From a virus: a DNA stretch of 64,000 nucleotides. The position numbers and the translations under genes are program-made. Of this stretch, positions 18,178 to 28,382 are shown in pieces. The stretch spans positions 31,863 through 95,862 of IMG/VR virus record IMGVR_UViG_3300028394_000053; one strand, 5' to 3'. The notes under the pieces are model-generated. The model had not been told where the DNA came from. It saw nothing but the letters and a program-made list of their open reading frames with translations, and did not search any database. Every line of letters begins with the position of its first letter. Position 1 is the stretch's first letter.

Positions 18178-20016
18178 ATGGCAGAAAACACTAACGGCGG
18201 TCAGGGGCGTGGATGGAAGAAGTATTTTAGAGTTGCCAACACTGGCGGCCAACTAAGCCCAATTTCAGGCTCCAATCAATTTGGACTTCCCGGCTACGGC
18301 AAACAACAAGGTGCGGATTATAGCAATCCCGGTACTGGCAACGACTTTGCCTATCGTAATTACGCAAGTAGATTGCCTGAGGTTTATTCTGGTCACCCCA
18401 ATCGTGTAGAACGTTACAACCAGTATGAAAACATGGACTGCGATTCAGAAGTAAATGCTTGTTTAGATATCATAGCTGAATTCAGCACACAAGCCAACGA
18501 CGACAACAAAACTCCGTTTGACATAAACTTTACTGACAAGCCAACTGATCACGAAGTTGAAATTATTAAAAAACAACTACAGCAGTGGACCAAACTAAAC
18601 AAATTTGATCAGCGCATGTTCAAGCTATTCCGTAATGTGATCAAGTACGGAGATCAAGTGTTTGTGCGTGACCCAGAAACATTTGAAATGTACTGGGTAG
18701 ACATGGTCAAGGTATCTAGAGTTATTGTAAACGAAAGCGAAGGCAAGCGACCCGAGCAGTATATCATACGTGATATCAATCCCAACTTTCAAAACATGAG
18801 CATAGCTCAAAAAACCACAAACGATTACTATGCAACCAGGGCCACTGGCAGTATTGGACAGAACAATTATACCGCACCCGGTGGTGGTGGCGGGGGTGGT
18901 GCAGGAGCTGGCGGTGCTGGTGGCAGTCGTTTCCAACAGGCCATGAACGAAACTTGCTTGGACAGTCGCCACGTGGTACACCTTAGTCTAAACGAAGGCC
19001 TGGATTTCTATTGGCCATTTGGGCAAAGCATCCTGGAAAACATATTCAAGGTCTACAAACAAAAAGAACTGCTGGAAGATGCTGTGTTGATCTATCGGGT
19101 AAGTCGTGCCCCGGAACGCAGAGTTTTCAAGATCGATGTGGGCAACATGCCCAGTCACTTGGCCATGCAGTTTGTAGAACGGGTCAAAAACGAAATGCAT
19201 CAGCGCCGTATTCCCACAAATACAGGTGGTGGCGCCAACATGATGGATGCGTCATACAATCCACTCAGCATCAATGAAGATTACTTTTTTCCAGTAACCG
19301 CAGATGGTCGCGGCAGTGAAGTTACTACCCTGCCGGGCGGAACAAGTCTGGGCGAAATTGACGATTTAAAATACTTCAATAACAAAATGGCACGCGGCCT
19401 ACGTGTGCCAAGTAGCTATTTGCCTACCGGTCCAGACGATTCAGATCGTGCATTTACTGACGGCAAAGTGGGCACAGCACTAATACAAGAATATCGTTTT
19501 AACCAGTATTGCAAGCGTTTACAAAACTTGATCATGCAGAAGCTGGATGACGAATTCAAGATGTTCCTGCACTGGAGAGGGTTCAACATTGACTCGGGCC
19601 TGTTCAACATCACCTTCTGTGAGCCACAAAACTTTGCTACCTATCGCCAGGCCGAAATGGACAACAGTCGTATCAGCTCGTTTACACAGCTGGAACAGTT
19701 GCCTTACATGAGCAAGCGATTCATGATGAAACGTTTCTTGGGACTATCTGAAGAAGAAATCATGGAAAACGAAGTGTCCTGGAGAGAAGAACGCGAAGAG
19801 CCCGAAGTTGAAACCACACAAGGTCAAGACCTGCGCAGTATTGGCATTACTCCTGCGGGCATGGATAGTGATATCACAACCGGTGAAGATTTGGCTGGTG
19901 CAGAAATCATGCCCGATTCAGGACAACCCGGTGCCACACCCGGTGTAGCCGGACAATCTCCCGGCACTGGCGCACCAGCACCCGGTGGGGCCGCTGGCGG
20001 AGTGCCTGCGTTATAA
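18178..20016 (+). CDS. gp20: portal protein
   Basis: LLEDAVLIYRVSRAPERRVFKIDVGNMP, EDYFFP...GRGSEVTTLPGG, LRVPSSYL. Confidence 0.97.
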   Translation: MAENTNGGQGRGWKKYFRVANTGGQLSPISGSNQFGLPGYGKQQGADYSNPGTGNDFAYRNYASRLPEVYSGHPNRVERYNQYENMDCDSEVNACLDIIAEFSTQANDDNKTPFDINFTDKPTDHEVEIIKKQLQQWTKLNKFDQRMFKLFRNVIKYGDQVFVRDPETFEMYWVDMVKVSRVIVNESEGKRPEQYIIRDINPNFQNMSIAQKTTNDYYATRATGSIGQNNYTAPGGGGGGGAGAGGAGGSRFQQAMNETCLDSRHVVHLSLNEGLDFYWPFGQSILENIFKVYKQKELLEDAVLIYRVSRAPERRVFKIDVGNMPSHLAMQFVERVKNEMHQRRIPTNTGGGANMMDASYNPLSINEDYFFPVTADGRGSEVTTLPGGTSLGEIDDLKYFNNKMARGLRVPSSYLPTGPDDSDRAFTDGKVGTALIQEYRFNQYCKRLQNLIMQKLDDEFKMFLHWRGFNIDSGLFNITFCEPQNFATYRQAEMDNSRISSFTQLEQLPYMSKRFMMKRFLGLSEEEIMENEVSWREEREEPEVETTQGQDLRSIGITPAGMDSDITTGEDLAGAEIMPDSGQPGATPGVAGQSPGTGAPAPGGAAGGVPAL

Positions 20017-20023
20017 ATACAAG

Positions 20024-20245
20024 ATGAACCTTAACGAAATATACGACCGTGCCGAAGTTGGCTACCAAGATCTTGGCCAGGACAACAGCCAACCTACCCT
20101 GGGCGATCTGCGCAAGACTCGCCTGACCTTGCGCCAGTTAAACAAACTACGCCAGATGAATGATGTTAGAAGTTTTGAGTACAAAGAAAAACTCAAGCTG
20201 GTCAAGCAACAATATGCACCTGCCCCGGCCGCGCCTGCACTGTAA
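20024..20245 (+). CDS. small head-associated protein (possible prohead core)
   Basis: MNLNEIYD...RKTRLTLRQLNKLR; lies between portal and core genes; TATAAATA directly upstream. Confidence 0.6.
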   Translation: MNLNEIYDRAEVGYQDLGQDNSQPTLGDLRKTRLTLRQLNKLRQMNDVRSFEYKEKLKLVKQQYAPAPAAPAL

Positions 20246-20352
20246 CACTACAGTCACAATTCCTTTCAAAAACTACCAGTTTTACACCTCAAAAGTACCA
20301 ATATTACCGATCTCATGTAAGTAATATACGAGCCATTACTTAAGGAGAAATT

Positions 20353-21267
20353 ATGACATCGAAATTTGAACAGTTGATCGAATATGTGATCAATGATGAA
20401 GAGGCGAAAGCCAAAGAACTTTTCCACGATATCGTGGTTGAAAAGTCACGTGAAATCTACGAGAACCTCATGAACGAAGAAGAGGACGAAGAATTAGACG
20501 AAGAGTCACATGATGAAAAAGCAGATGATCGTGCTGAACGTGATGCTAAAAAAGTCAAAAAAGATTTAGAATACGATTACAAACACGGTCGTAAAGTAAA
20601 AGAAGGCATGGATTCTATTGGTGGCGATGCCAGCGATGACTTGATTGACGACGTTGAGTCTGAAGAACAAGGCATGCAAGAAGAGGAAGAATCTGATGCA
20701 GAATTTGACGACGAAGCCGAAGAAGATGGCGAAGATTTAACACACGACATGGAATATGACCATGACAAAGCAGGCGAAGGCGACATCGAAGATAGAGTTA
20801 TTGACTTGGAAGACAAGTTAGACGAACTAATGGCTGAATTTGAAGCTATCATGGGCGGCGAAGAAGACGGCATCGAAAGCGATTTAGATGGCGAAATGGG
20901 CGACGAATTAGCCGGTGATGCTCTAGCACAAGACGACACCGTGGCGTTTGATGACGACGAAGCAATGATGGAAGCTGTTACTTTGGACAAAGTAGCTGTT
21001 CCAAAAATGGGCGACGACGGCGCTAACACCAAAAGTGTAGTTCCTGCCAACTCAGGCGCTAAAGGCATGCAAGGTGCTCCGGTTCGAATGACTGGTGACA
21101 CTGCTCAAGGCCGTTCAGCTCCATCAACAAAAGATTTGCCACAAGCCGGTACATTTAAAAATGTTCCAGGTAAAGGCACAGCCAATGCCAAGCAATCCGC
21201 GGCTCCAAAGCCAACGACAGCACAAGCAGGTGGCACAAACACTAGAACTCCTTTTCCAAAAGGATAA
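20353..21267 (+). CDS. highly acidic prohead core protein
   Basis: Glu/Asp-rich 304 aa, strong TAAGGAG SD, at the T4 gp67/68 position before the protease. Confidence 0.6.
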   Translation: MTSKFEQLIEYVINDEEAKAKELFHDIVVEKSREIYENLMNEEEDEELDEESHDEKADDRAERDAKKVKKDLEYDYKHGRKVKEGMDSIGGDASDDLIDDVESEEQGMQEEEESDAEFDDEAEEDGEDLTHDMEYDHDKAGEGDIEDRVIDLEDKLDELMAEFEAIMGGEEDGIESDLDGEMGDELAGDALAQDDTVAFDDDEAMMEAVTLDKVAVPKMGDDGANTKSVVPANSGAKGMQGAPVRMTGDTAQGRSAPSTKDLPQAGTFKNVPGKGTANAKQSAAPKPTTAQAGGTNTRTPFPKG

Positions 21268-21276
21268 TAGCAAGAT

Positions 21277-21927
21277 ATGGCTCGATATCTAAAAGAACAC
21301 CTCAGCTTCAACCAGGCCAACATTGAATTGTTGACGGAAGAAGCTGCGGACGGTTCCGGTGGCAAAACTTTGAAACTCAAAGGCATTTGCATCGAAGGCG
21401 GCGTAAGAAACGCCAACGAGCGTGTGTATCCTGTTAGTGAAATAGCCAACGCAGTAAAAACCATCAACGAACAGATTGTATCTGGCCACAGTGTCTTAGG
21501 CGAAGTTGATCATCCAGATGATTTGAAAATCAACCTGGATCGAGTCAGTCACATGATTGAAAAAATGTGGATGGAAGGCCCTTGCGGTTATGGCACATTA
21601 AAAGTATTACCTACGCCAATGGGAGAACTGGTTAAGACCATGTTGACCAACGGTGTAAAACTAGGTGTTAGCAGTCGTGGATCAGGAAATGTCAACGACT
21701 CCAACGGACATGTCAGTGACTTTGAAATCGTCACTGTGGATGTGGTTGCCCAACCCAGCGCACCAAATGCGTATCCCACAGCAATCTACGAAGGCCTGCT
21801 CAACATGCGTGGCGGACATAGAATTCTGGAGATGGCAAAAGAAGCCGGGTCGGACAACAAGGTACAGAGATATTTGAAGAAGGAAGTAATGCGCCTGATC
21901 CGAGATCTCAAAATAGAGGGGAAATAA
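21277..21927 (+). CDS. gp21: prohead protease
   Basis: RNANERVYP, LGEVDHP, RVSH, LGVSSRGSG, VDVVAQPSAPNAY. Confidence 0.96.
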   Translation: MARYLKEHLSFNQANIELLTEEAADGSGGKTLKLKGICIEGGVRNANERVYPVSEIANAVKTINEQIVSGHSVLGEVDHPDDLKINLDRVSHMIEKMWMEGPCGYGTLKVLPTPMGELVKTMLTNGVKLGVSSRGSGNVNDSNGHVSDFEIVTVDVVAQPSAPNAYPTAIYEGLLNMRGGHRILEMAKEAGSDNKVQRYLKKEVMRLIRDLKIEGK

Positions 21928-21931
21928 CGCT

Positions 21932-23017
21932 ATGTTAGATAGTTTAAAACCGTTACTAGATAGCGACTTGATCAACGAGGAAACTCGTAGTGAGATCACT
22001 GAAGCTTGGGAAGCCAAGCTAAATGAAGCTCGTGAACAAGTTCGTGCAGAACTCCGCGAAGAGTTTGCACAACGCTATGAACATGACAAGACAGTAATGG
22101 TGGAAGCCCTAGATCGTATGGTAACAGAAGGTCTTGCAGTAGAACTCGAGCAGGTACGTGCTGAAAAGCAATCACTTGCAGAAGATCGTGTCAGGTTCCA
22201 AGCCAAAATGAAAGAAAGTTCCACCAAGTTTAACGACTTTATGGTAACCAAATTGGCTGAAGAAATCGGCGAACTGCGTAAAGATCGCAAGATGCACACA
22301 GAAGGTGTTTCTAAATTAGAATCCTTTGTAGTACATGCACTTGCACGTGAGATTCGTGAATTTGCACAAGACAAACAAGATGTTGTTGAAACTAAAGTTC
22401 GTCTAGTGCGTGAAGCTCGCAAACAGTTGGAAACACTCAAGGCACGTTTCGTAACAGAATCTGCCAAGAAAATGTCCAACGCTGTTGGCCGTCATCTCAA
22501 GGCTGAACTTGGTCAGTTGCAGGAAGACATCAAAGTTGCTCGCGAGAACAATTTTGGTCGTAGAATCTTTGAAGCATACGCAGCAGAATTTGGTGCTACT
22601 CACTTAAATGAGAAAGCAGAAGTTCGTAAATTGCACGACGTTATTGCCAGAAGAGAACAGCAACTAGGCGAAGCCATCAAACTCGGTGCTAAAGCAAAAA
22701 CTTTAGTTGAGAGTAAAGAACGCGAAATACGCATAATCCGCGAATCCAATCAGCGTGAAAGCGCCATGGAAGAATTGCTTGCTCCTTTAAACCAGGAAAA
22801 GGCAGCTGTAATGCGTAATTTGTTGGAAAGTGTACAGACAGCTAGACTGTCCGGTGCTTTCGAAAAGTATCTACCAGCTGTGTTGGCAGACCGATCTGTA
22901 AAAGCTTCTAAAGTGATTACCGAAAACGTTTCCGTTGCAACTGGCGATAAATCTGCCCGTGTCCAGGAAGAAGATCGCAGTAATGTGATTGACCTCAAGC
23001 GTCTGGCAGGGCTGTAA
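21932..23017 (+). CDS. gp22: prohead core scaffold protein
   Basis: Coiled-coil Glu-rich protein between protease and capsid genes; GRRIFEAY motif. Confidence 0.8.
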   Translation: MLDSLKPLLDSDLINEETRSEITEAWEAKLNEAREQVRAELREEFAQRYEHDKTVMVEALDRMVTEGLAVELEQVRAEKQSLAEDRVRFQAKMKESSTKFNDFMVTKLAEEIGELRKDRKMHTEGVSKLESFVVHALAREIREFAQDKQDVVETKVRLVREARKQLETLKARFVTESAKKMSNAVGRHLKAELGQLQEDIKVARENNFGRRIFEAYAAEFGATHLNEKAEVRKLHDVIARREQQLGEAIKLGAKAKTLVESKEREIRIIRESNQRESAMEELLAPLNQEKAAVMRNLLESVQTARLSGAFEKYLPAVLADRSVKASKVITENVSVATGDKSARVQEEDRSNVIDLKRLAGL

Positions 23018-23044
23018 AATCAGATAGAAAAAAAGGAGACTTAA

Positions 23045-24241
23045 ATGTCACAAGAATTATTAGAAAGTCGTTGGGATGAGACTAAAGATGCGTTGCTAGA
23101 AGGCTTAAACGGCTCAAAGCGCAATTCGATGGCAGTAATCCTTGAAAATACCAAGAAGTACTTGCGTGAAAATGCATCTTCTGGTTCTACTGCTAGTGGT
23201 AACATCGCTACATTAAACAGAGTGATTCTACCAGTTATCAGACGTGTTATGCCAACTGTTATCGCTAACGAGTTGGTTGGTGTTCAGCCAATGACAGGTC
23301 CAGTAGGTCAAATCCACACCTTGCGTGTAAGATACGCAAACAGCTTGACTGACAACAGCCAAGCAGCAACTAGTGTAACAGCCGGCCAAGAAGCATTGAG
23401 CCCGTTCACTATTGCAACTGCATACTCCACAGTTCCGGCTGGTACTAATACTGCAAGTGGTTACACTGGCAATAACACAGCTACCATGGAAGGTACTGGC
23501 GGTAAGCAGATCTCTGTACAGATCTTGAAACAGGCTGTTGAAGCCAAGACTCGTAAGTTACAAGCACGTTGGACTTTTGAATCTGCACAAGACGCACAAG
23601 CCATGCATGGTATTGACGTTGAAGCAGAAATCATGGCTGCTCTTGCACAAGAGATCACAGCTGAGATTGATCAAGAGATTCTCTTGAGCTTGTCAACATT
23701 GGCTGCAACTGAGTACACATACAACCAAGCTACTGTAAGTGGTACTGCTACATTCGTTGGTGACGAGCACGCTGCTTTGGCTGTTCTTATCAATCGTGTT
23801 GCAAACTTGATCGCTCAGCGTACACGTCGTGGCGCTGGTAACTGGGCTGTTGTATCTCCAGCAAGTTTAACTGTACTACAAAGTGCAACAACTAGTGCGT
23901 TTGCTAGAACCACAGAAGGTACTTTTGAAGCTCCTACAAACACCAAGTTTGTTGGTACTTTAAACGGTGCTATGCGTGTGTTTGTAAACAGCTATGCTCA
24001 AGACACAGCAAGTGTATTGGTCGGTTACAAAGGCACTTCAGAAGCTGATGCTGCTGCGTTCTACTGCCCATACATTCCGTTAATGAGTAGTGGCGTTGTT
24101 CTAGATCCGTCAACCTTCGAACCAGTCGTGTCATTTATGACACGTTATGGCTTCGTCGAGCTCACCAATACTGCAAGTTCCTTCGGTAACGCAGCAGATT
24201 ATGTTGGGGAGATAGCCGTCCAAAACTTATCATTCTCCTAA
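23045..24241 (+). CDS. gp23: major capsid protein
   Basis: GVQPMTGPVG, VEAKTRKLQARWTFESAQD, EITAEIDQEI, FYCPYIPL, FMTRYG. Confidence 0.97.
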   Translation: MSQELLESRWDETKDALLEGLNGSKRNSMAVILENTKKYLRENASSGSTASGNIATLNRVILPVIRRVMPTVIANELVGVQPMTGPVGQIHTLRVRYANSLTDNSQAATSVTAGQEALSPFTIATAYSTVPAGTNTASGYTGNNTATMEGTGGKQISVQILKQAVEAKTRKLQARWTFESAQDAQAMHGIDVEAEIMAALAQEITAEIDQEILLSLSTLAATEYTYNQATVSGTATFVGDEHAALAVLINRVANLIAQRTRRGAGNWAVVSPASLTVLQSATTSAFARTTEGTFEAPTNTKFVGTLNGAMRVFVNSYAQDTASVLVGYKGTSEADAAAFYCPYIPLMSSGVVLDPSTFEPVVSFMTRYGFVELTNTASSFGNAADYVGEIAVQNLSFS

Positions 24242-24279
24242 TCAGAGATTGTTTGTTTATTTCTCAGGGATGGGAAGAC

Positions 24280-24304
24280 AAAAACCACCGCAAGGTGGTT
24301 TTTT
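24280..24304 (+). terminator. rho-independent terminator after gp23 (possibly bidirectional)
   Basis: AAAAACCACC-GCAA-GGTGGTTTTT followed by more T. Confidence 0.9.
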
Positions 24305-24339
24305 GTTGGCTACAATAATCCTGGCTAATAAGTATGTAG

Positions 24340-25404
24340 ATGTTGTTTTACTATAGCGATTTTAATTCTCTCTGCGCCCGAGACACTGACAGATCTTATC
24401 TTGAACAATTTTTTGATCAACGCTGTTTAATTATAACTGACAGCAATCTCAATTGGGTTGATCTGGATCAGGTCCGTGCTATTGTACACAAACAGGGTAT
24501 ACAACTCATCCTTGTAGACCTGACCCACAATCCTTACCCAGACGCAGATCCCGACCGTAGGCCCACACCTCGTTCAATACAACAACAGTATTCCACTATT
24601 GCCACCACTCAAGTGCTTACGTCGGACTACCGGTATTATTACGATCCAGATCCTGACTTTGTGTTTTTTCCATTGTTTCTATGGTTGTTCAGCACACGTC
24701 AGCCTGTGTGGTATGCCCGAGCCACTTACGACGCTGGCCTTGAAAAATCTAGAAGTATCATGTGCCTAAACAGCACACAATCCTGGCACAGGATCTATCT
24801 GTTTGGCCAGTTGGTTGAATGTCCCGGTTTTGATCAAATTGACTACAGTTTTGTATTTCCTTTAGGAGATGTGCTAGAACGACTACCAATTCCTGAGTAC
24901 ATGACCGCAACAGAACTAGATCACATACGTCTTTACCAAGATCGCCTGCCCATCAGATTAAAAAATGATGGGGTTGCACAAAAAAACGATGTGGGAGTAG
25001 GGCACCCTGTTTATAATCAGTGTGCCATTAATATTGTTACAGAAACCAGCATAACCGAAGGAGTTATTGTATCAGAAAAAACATGCAAACCATTTATGGC
25101 CTATCAGATACCCGTTATTGTTGGGCCCATTGGCGGCTCACAATTTCTTGAGGACATTGGGCTTGACATGTTTGCAGACTACATACCGTGGACAACATGG
25201 GATTCGGTAGCGGATCATAAACTCCGGATCAGACAGATAGTAGAGTTTGTAGACGGACTATTAGCCAACCCAGATGCTATATTAACAACCCATCAAGGAT
25301 TCCGGGATCGATTGATAAAGAACAAACTGTACTTTCACAGTACAGAATTTCAAGATCTGTTATTACACCAGATCAGGAAGCAAAAACTTTCGAACCCTAG
25401 GTAA
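24340..25404 (+). CDS. glycosyltransferase-like protein (GT10/exostosin-like C-terminus)
   Basis: INIVTET...VSEKTCKP...PVIVG...L..IG.DMF..Y...WD pattern resembles the GT10-type SEK motif. Confidence 0.5.
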   Translation: MLFYYSDFNSLCARDTDRSYLEQFFDQRCLIITDSNLNWVDLDQVRAIVHKQGIQLILVDLTHNPYPDADPDRRPTPRSIQQQYSTIATTQVLTSDYRYYYDPDPDFVFFPLFLWLFSTRQPVWYARATYDAGLEKSRSIMCLNSTQSWHRIYLFGQLVECPGFDQIDYSFVFPLGDVLERLPIPEYMTATELDHIRLYQDRLPIRLKNDGVAQKNDVGVGHPVYNQCAINIVTETSITEGVIVSEKTCKPFMAYQIPVIVGPIGGSQFLEDIGLDMFADYIPWTTWDSVADHKLRIRQIVEFVDGLLANPDAILTTHQGFRDRLIKNKLYFHSTEFQDLLLHQIRKQKLSNPR

Positions 25405-26256
25405 CTCAAACAACATCTTGGGTAGTTGATTGTGTGGGAAAGGTTTCAACACTGAATCTGGTTGCCAAGTTAAACTGGCACCCGCTTCAAATCTAAGTCC
25501 TTGCTGGGCATGTGCCTGATGTCCCTTGTTTGGCGCATGAGCGAACGATTGACTTTTTATCTTGACTAACGCATCTCCGCCCATCCAGCTAAAATGCCAA
25601 CCAAAATCGTCAAATATTACCCCATTCAGGGTGGGTGTAACCGGTGGCACCGGAAGATGATAACTGCATCTGACGCGATGTGGTGTAGTCTGTTTCATTA
25701 CAGAGTTACTGCAAATGCTCATGGCAGTGCGCCAAGTAAACGGCCAACCGGCCAGTCCATACGGACGTAAATCAGCACGCCCATACAGATTGATCAAGGG
25801 CAACTTTACAATATTATTGGGATTGTTACGGGCCACATTTAAAGCAAATCCTATATGCTCAGGATTGATGATCTCGTCACAGTCGCTCATCAAGATCCAG
25901 GCAGTGTCATCAATTTGATCTAGTATCTGCATGATTGCATTGCGCTGTATTCTTTCACGGGCCACGGCCATTATGCTGGCAACATCGCCTCTATCATCCG
26001 GATACATGGCTGTAAGATCCTGCTGTTGTAACGGCAGATCTATATCTTCAGCATAGTGTAATTCCAGCACAGTGATACGATCTGCTGGAAGACCCAGCTC
26101 AGCAATCAATTGTTTTACCTGGAACTGTCTTGGCAAGCCACTGAAAGTTCTATCAGCTTCGGCTATCACAAAATGATCCACATGATCTCGTAGTAGATTG
26201 ATCCTTAGCTCTAGTAGCTCGCGCTCGTTGAAGTAAGGAAAATAATCAATCAGCAT
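25363..26256 (-). CDS. glycosyltransferase family 17 (GnT-III-like)
   Basis: IDYFPYFNE.ELLELR, VDHFVIAEA..TFSG, QRN, SDCDEI, GWHFSWMG; start at 26256 via TAATG overlap. Confidence 0.8.
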   Translation of the reverse strand: MLIDYFPYFNERELLELRINLLRDHVDHFVIAEADRTFSGLPRQFQVKQLIAELGLPADRITVLELHYAEDIDLPLQQQDLTAMYPDDRGDVASIMAVARERIQRNAIMQILDQIDDTAWILMSDCDEIINPEHIGFALNVARNNPNNIVKLPLINLYGRADLRPYGLAGWPFTWRTAMSICSNSVMKQTTPHRVRCSYHLPVPPVTPTLNGVIFDDFGWHFSWMGGDALVKIKSQSFAHAPNKGHQAHAQQGLRFEAGASLTWQPDSVLKPFPHNQLPKMLFELPRVRKFLLPDLV

Positions 26257-27404
26257 TAGACCTTGAACCAAGTGAGATATTGATGTACCTTGTCTGTTAC
26301 ACTTGCCCAGTCAGCCATTTTAGGCTGCCGGAACAAACGAGCTGTGCTGTACCATGGGCTTGAATCACGGTTCAACAGCCAGCGCCAATCCAGTGCAAAC
26401 CAACTGAGCATGACCCAGGTTGGACGACCCAGCGCACCCGATAGATGTGCTATGGCTGTGTCAACACTTAGCACCACATCACAGTGATGTATCAAGGCAG
26501 CACTGTCAGCAAAGCTCTGTATGCTTCCTGGATAACAGGCCACTCCAGATGCTACCAGTGCGGCATTTTCTTCATCAGTGCAATCGACTTGTAGATTGAT
26601 CCATTCATAGGTGGGATTGCGCTGTATCAGGCGTAGCATTTCGGCAAACGGCATACCTTTGTGTCGGTTGATCCAGGTGTCTCTACGACCCGACCAGCAA
26701 AAGCCCACACGCAATCTGCGCTTTAGGCCTAGTTTTTCTTGCCATGCTCGTGCCTTCTCAGCATTGGGGGCTAGATAATACTGTACATGGCCAAGATTTT
26801 CTAGAGTATTTCCAATCACTCCAGGAATACTCATGATTGGAATCCAGTAATCAAATCCTGTTGGGGTTTCCTCGTAAGGTATCAATTTTGTTATGCTGTT
26901 GCTATTTTGGAATAACGGAATAAGGCTGGCATTTACATGTACCCAGACCTGTGCTCCACGCTGGGCTAGATCGCCCACAAAGCGTATAAATTGTAAGTTG
27001 TCACCGTGTCCTTGTTCGCCTACTACCAGGACGACTTTGTCTTTGATATCTTGACCAGTCCACCTGGGTTGTTCATACTTGGGCAACAGGCCGTTTAGGT
27101 GCTCGTACTGCCAGCGCCATTCGTATTGCGGCCATCCGTTTTTGTAGTCACCCATGAGCAACCAGGCCACGGCCAAATTGAATTTGGCAGTGATATTACC
27201 AGGATCCAGTTGTATGGCTCGCTGTAAAAAAGCGATGGCACCTTCGGGTTCAGCGCATTCTCTAAGCACATTGCCGTAGTTGTTGAAACCAGCGGCGCAG
27301 TTCCTGTCCAGGGCGATAGCCTGTACATAACAGGCCAGTGCAGCCTCAGGATTGTTTTGTTCTCTGTGAGTGTTGCCTTGGGCAATTAGATCGTTGGTAT
27401 TCAT
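26256..27404 (-). CDS. TPR-repeat glycosyltransferase (GT9-like)
   Basis: N-terminal TPRs (NNYGNVL, FNLA), EQGHGDNLQFIRF, VDTAIAHLSGALGRPTW, DWRW, SPWY; true start MNTNDL at 27404. Confidence 0.85.
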   Translation of the reverse strand: MNTNDLIAQGNTHREQNNPEAALACYVQAIALDRNCAAGFNNYGNVLRECAEPEGAIAFLQRAIQLDPGNITAKFNLAVAWLLMGDYKNGWPQYEWRWQYEHLNGLLPKYEQPRWTGQDIKDKVVLVVGEQGHGDNLQFIRFVGDLAQRGAQVWVHVNASLIPLFQNSNSITKLIPYEETPTGFDYWIPIMSIPGVIGNTLENLGHVQYYLAPNAEKARAWQEKLGLKRRLRVGFCWSGRRDTWINRHKGMPFAEMLRLIQRNPTYEWINLQVDCTDEENAALVASGVACYPGSIQSFADSAALIHHCDVVLSVDTAIAHLSGALGRPTWVMLSWFALDWRWLLNRDSSPWYSTARLFRQPKMADWASVTDKVHQYLTWFKV

Positions 27405-27460
27405 GGCAATATTTAATCTGGGCACTGGTCCGGCAAAATATTTCTTCACCATAAATACTT

Positions 27461-27529
27461 GTTCAACGCAATCAGGCGTTTTATGCTGAACGGGCAACCC
27501 AACAGCGTAGCAGAATAGAACCTGCATTG
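27461..27529 (+). ncRNA. candidate structured cis-regulatory 5' leader
   Basis: Three consecutive hairpins (27465-27480, 27482-27509, 27510-27525) between the late promoter CATAAATA (27450-27457) and the SD TAAGGAG. Confidence 0.5.
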
Positions 27530-27551
27530 GACTTCTTTAAGGAGAAAACAA

Positions 27552-28256
27552 ATGGGCCGTCCTTTAAAAATTAAAAAATCAACCACCATAGACATTGGTT
27601 TCAATGACTTTGGTAACCTAGAAGTGCCTGTGATTCCAACTGGCATGACCACTACAGACTTTATTGGTGTAGTCGGTGGTGCCAACGCCGGTATTGCAAC
27701 AGCTGCCTATCCAGTAGTGGCCTGTGATGCCAACATCAACGGCGTAGGCAACACCGCCGCTTATATCATACGTCAAAAAGGTGCAACCAAATACCTGGTT
27801 GGATCTACAGCCGCTACTACTGCTGCAAATATTGTGGCCGGCAGTAGTTATCGTATTGTCAGTGTAGGAACTACAACATTTACCGCAATTGGTGCACCAG
27901 TTACAGCCACAGTGGGCGATATTTTCACAGCCAATCAAGCTGGTACCGGATCTGGTACTGTAAACCTGGTAGGGCAGTGCTTGTTGGCCAATCAGGCCAA
28001 TGCGGCATTACTGACAGCCAACACCATGAGTATTACTTTCAGCTACGATGGCAATCCAGCCAACGTGACACCGGTAGCAAAATTGGAAAACTTGTATGTG
28101 TGGAATTACAACAGCTCGAACACAGCCAACACACAGTTCAGTTCTACATTCTTTGACACCGGTAATACCACGCCCAAGTCCGGAGCCGAAGTTGAAACAT
28201 TCACCAATGCAACTGGCGATATTGTGCTTGGGTTGATCACAAACTACACATCCTAA
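27552..28256 (+). CDS. virion structural protein (possible head decoration protein)
   Basis: MGRPLKIKK start, YIIRQKGATKYLV, beta-rich Thr/Ala/Asn composition; own late promoter, strong SD and downstream hairpin. Confidence 0.55.
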   Translation: MGRPLKIKKSTTIDIGFNDFGNLEVPVIPTGMTTTDFIGVVGGANAGIATAAYPVVACDANINGVGNTAAYIIRQKGATKYLVGSTAATTAANIVAGSSYRIVSVGTTTFTAIGAPVTATVGDIFTANQAGTGSGTVNLVGQCLLANQANAALLTANTMSITFSYDGNPANVTPVAKLENLYVWNYNSSNTANTQFSSTFFDTGNTTPKSGAEVETFTNATGDIVLGLITNYTS

Positions 28257-28277
28257 TAGTGACATAACTGGCCATAC

Positions 28278-28297
28278 GATCCCGCTACGGCGGGATC
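28278..28297 (+). terminator. stable hairpin (C-UACG-G loop) after the structural gene
   Basis: GATCCCGC-TACG-GCGGGATC; U-tract is weak. Confidence 0.55.
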
Positions 28298-28382
28298 TTG
28301 AGAATTTAGAATCACAAGAAAATAGTAGCAGATAACCCAGATTTGCCAGCGATTGGTAAATACATCATAATAGGAGAATACC

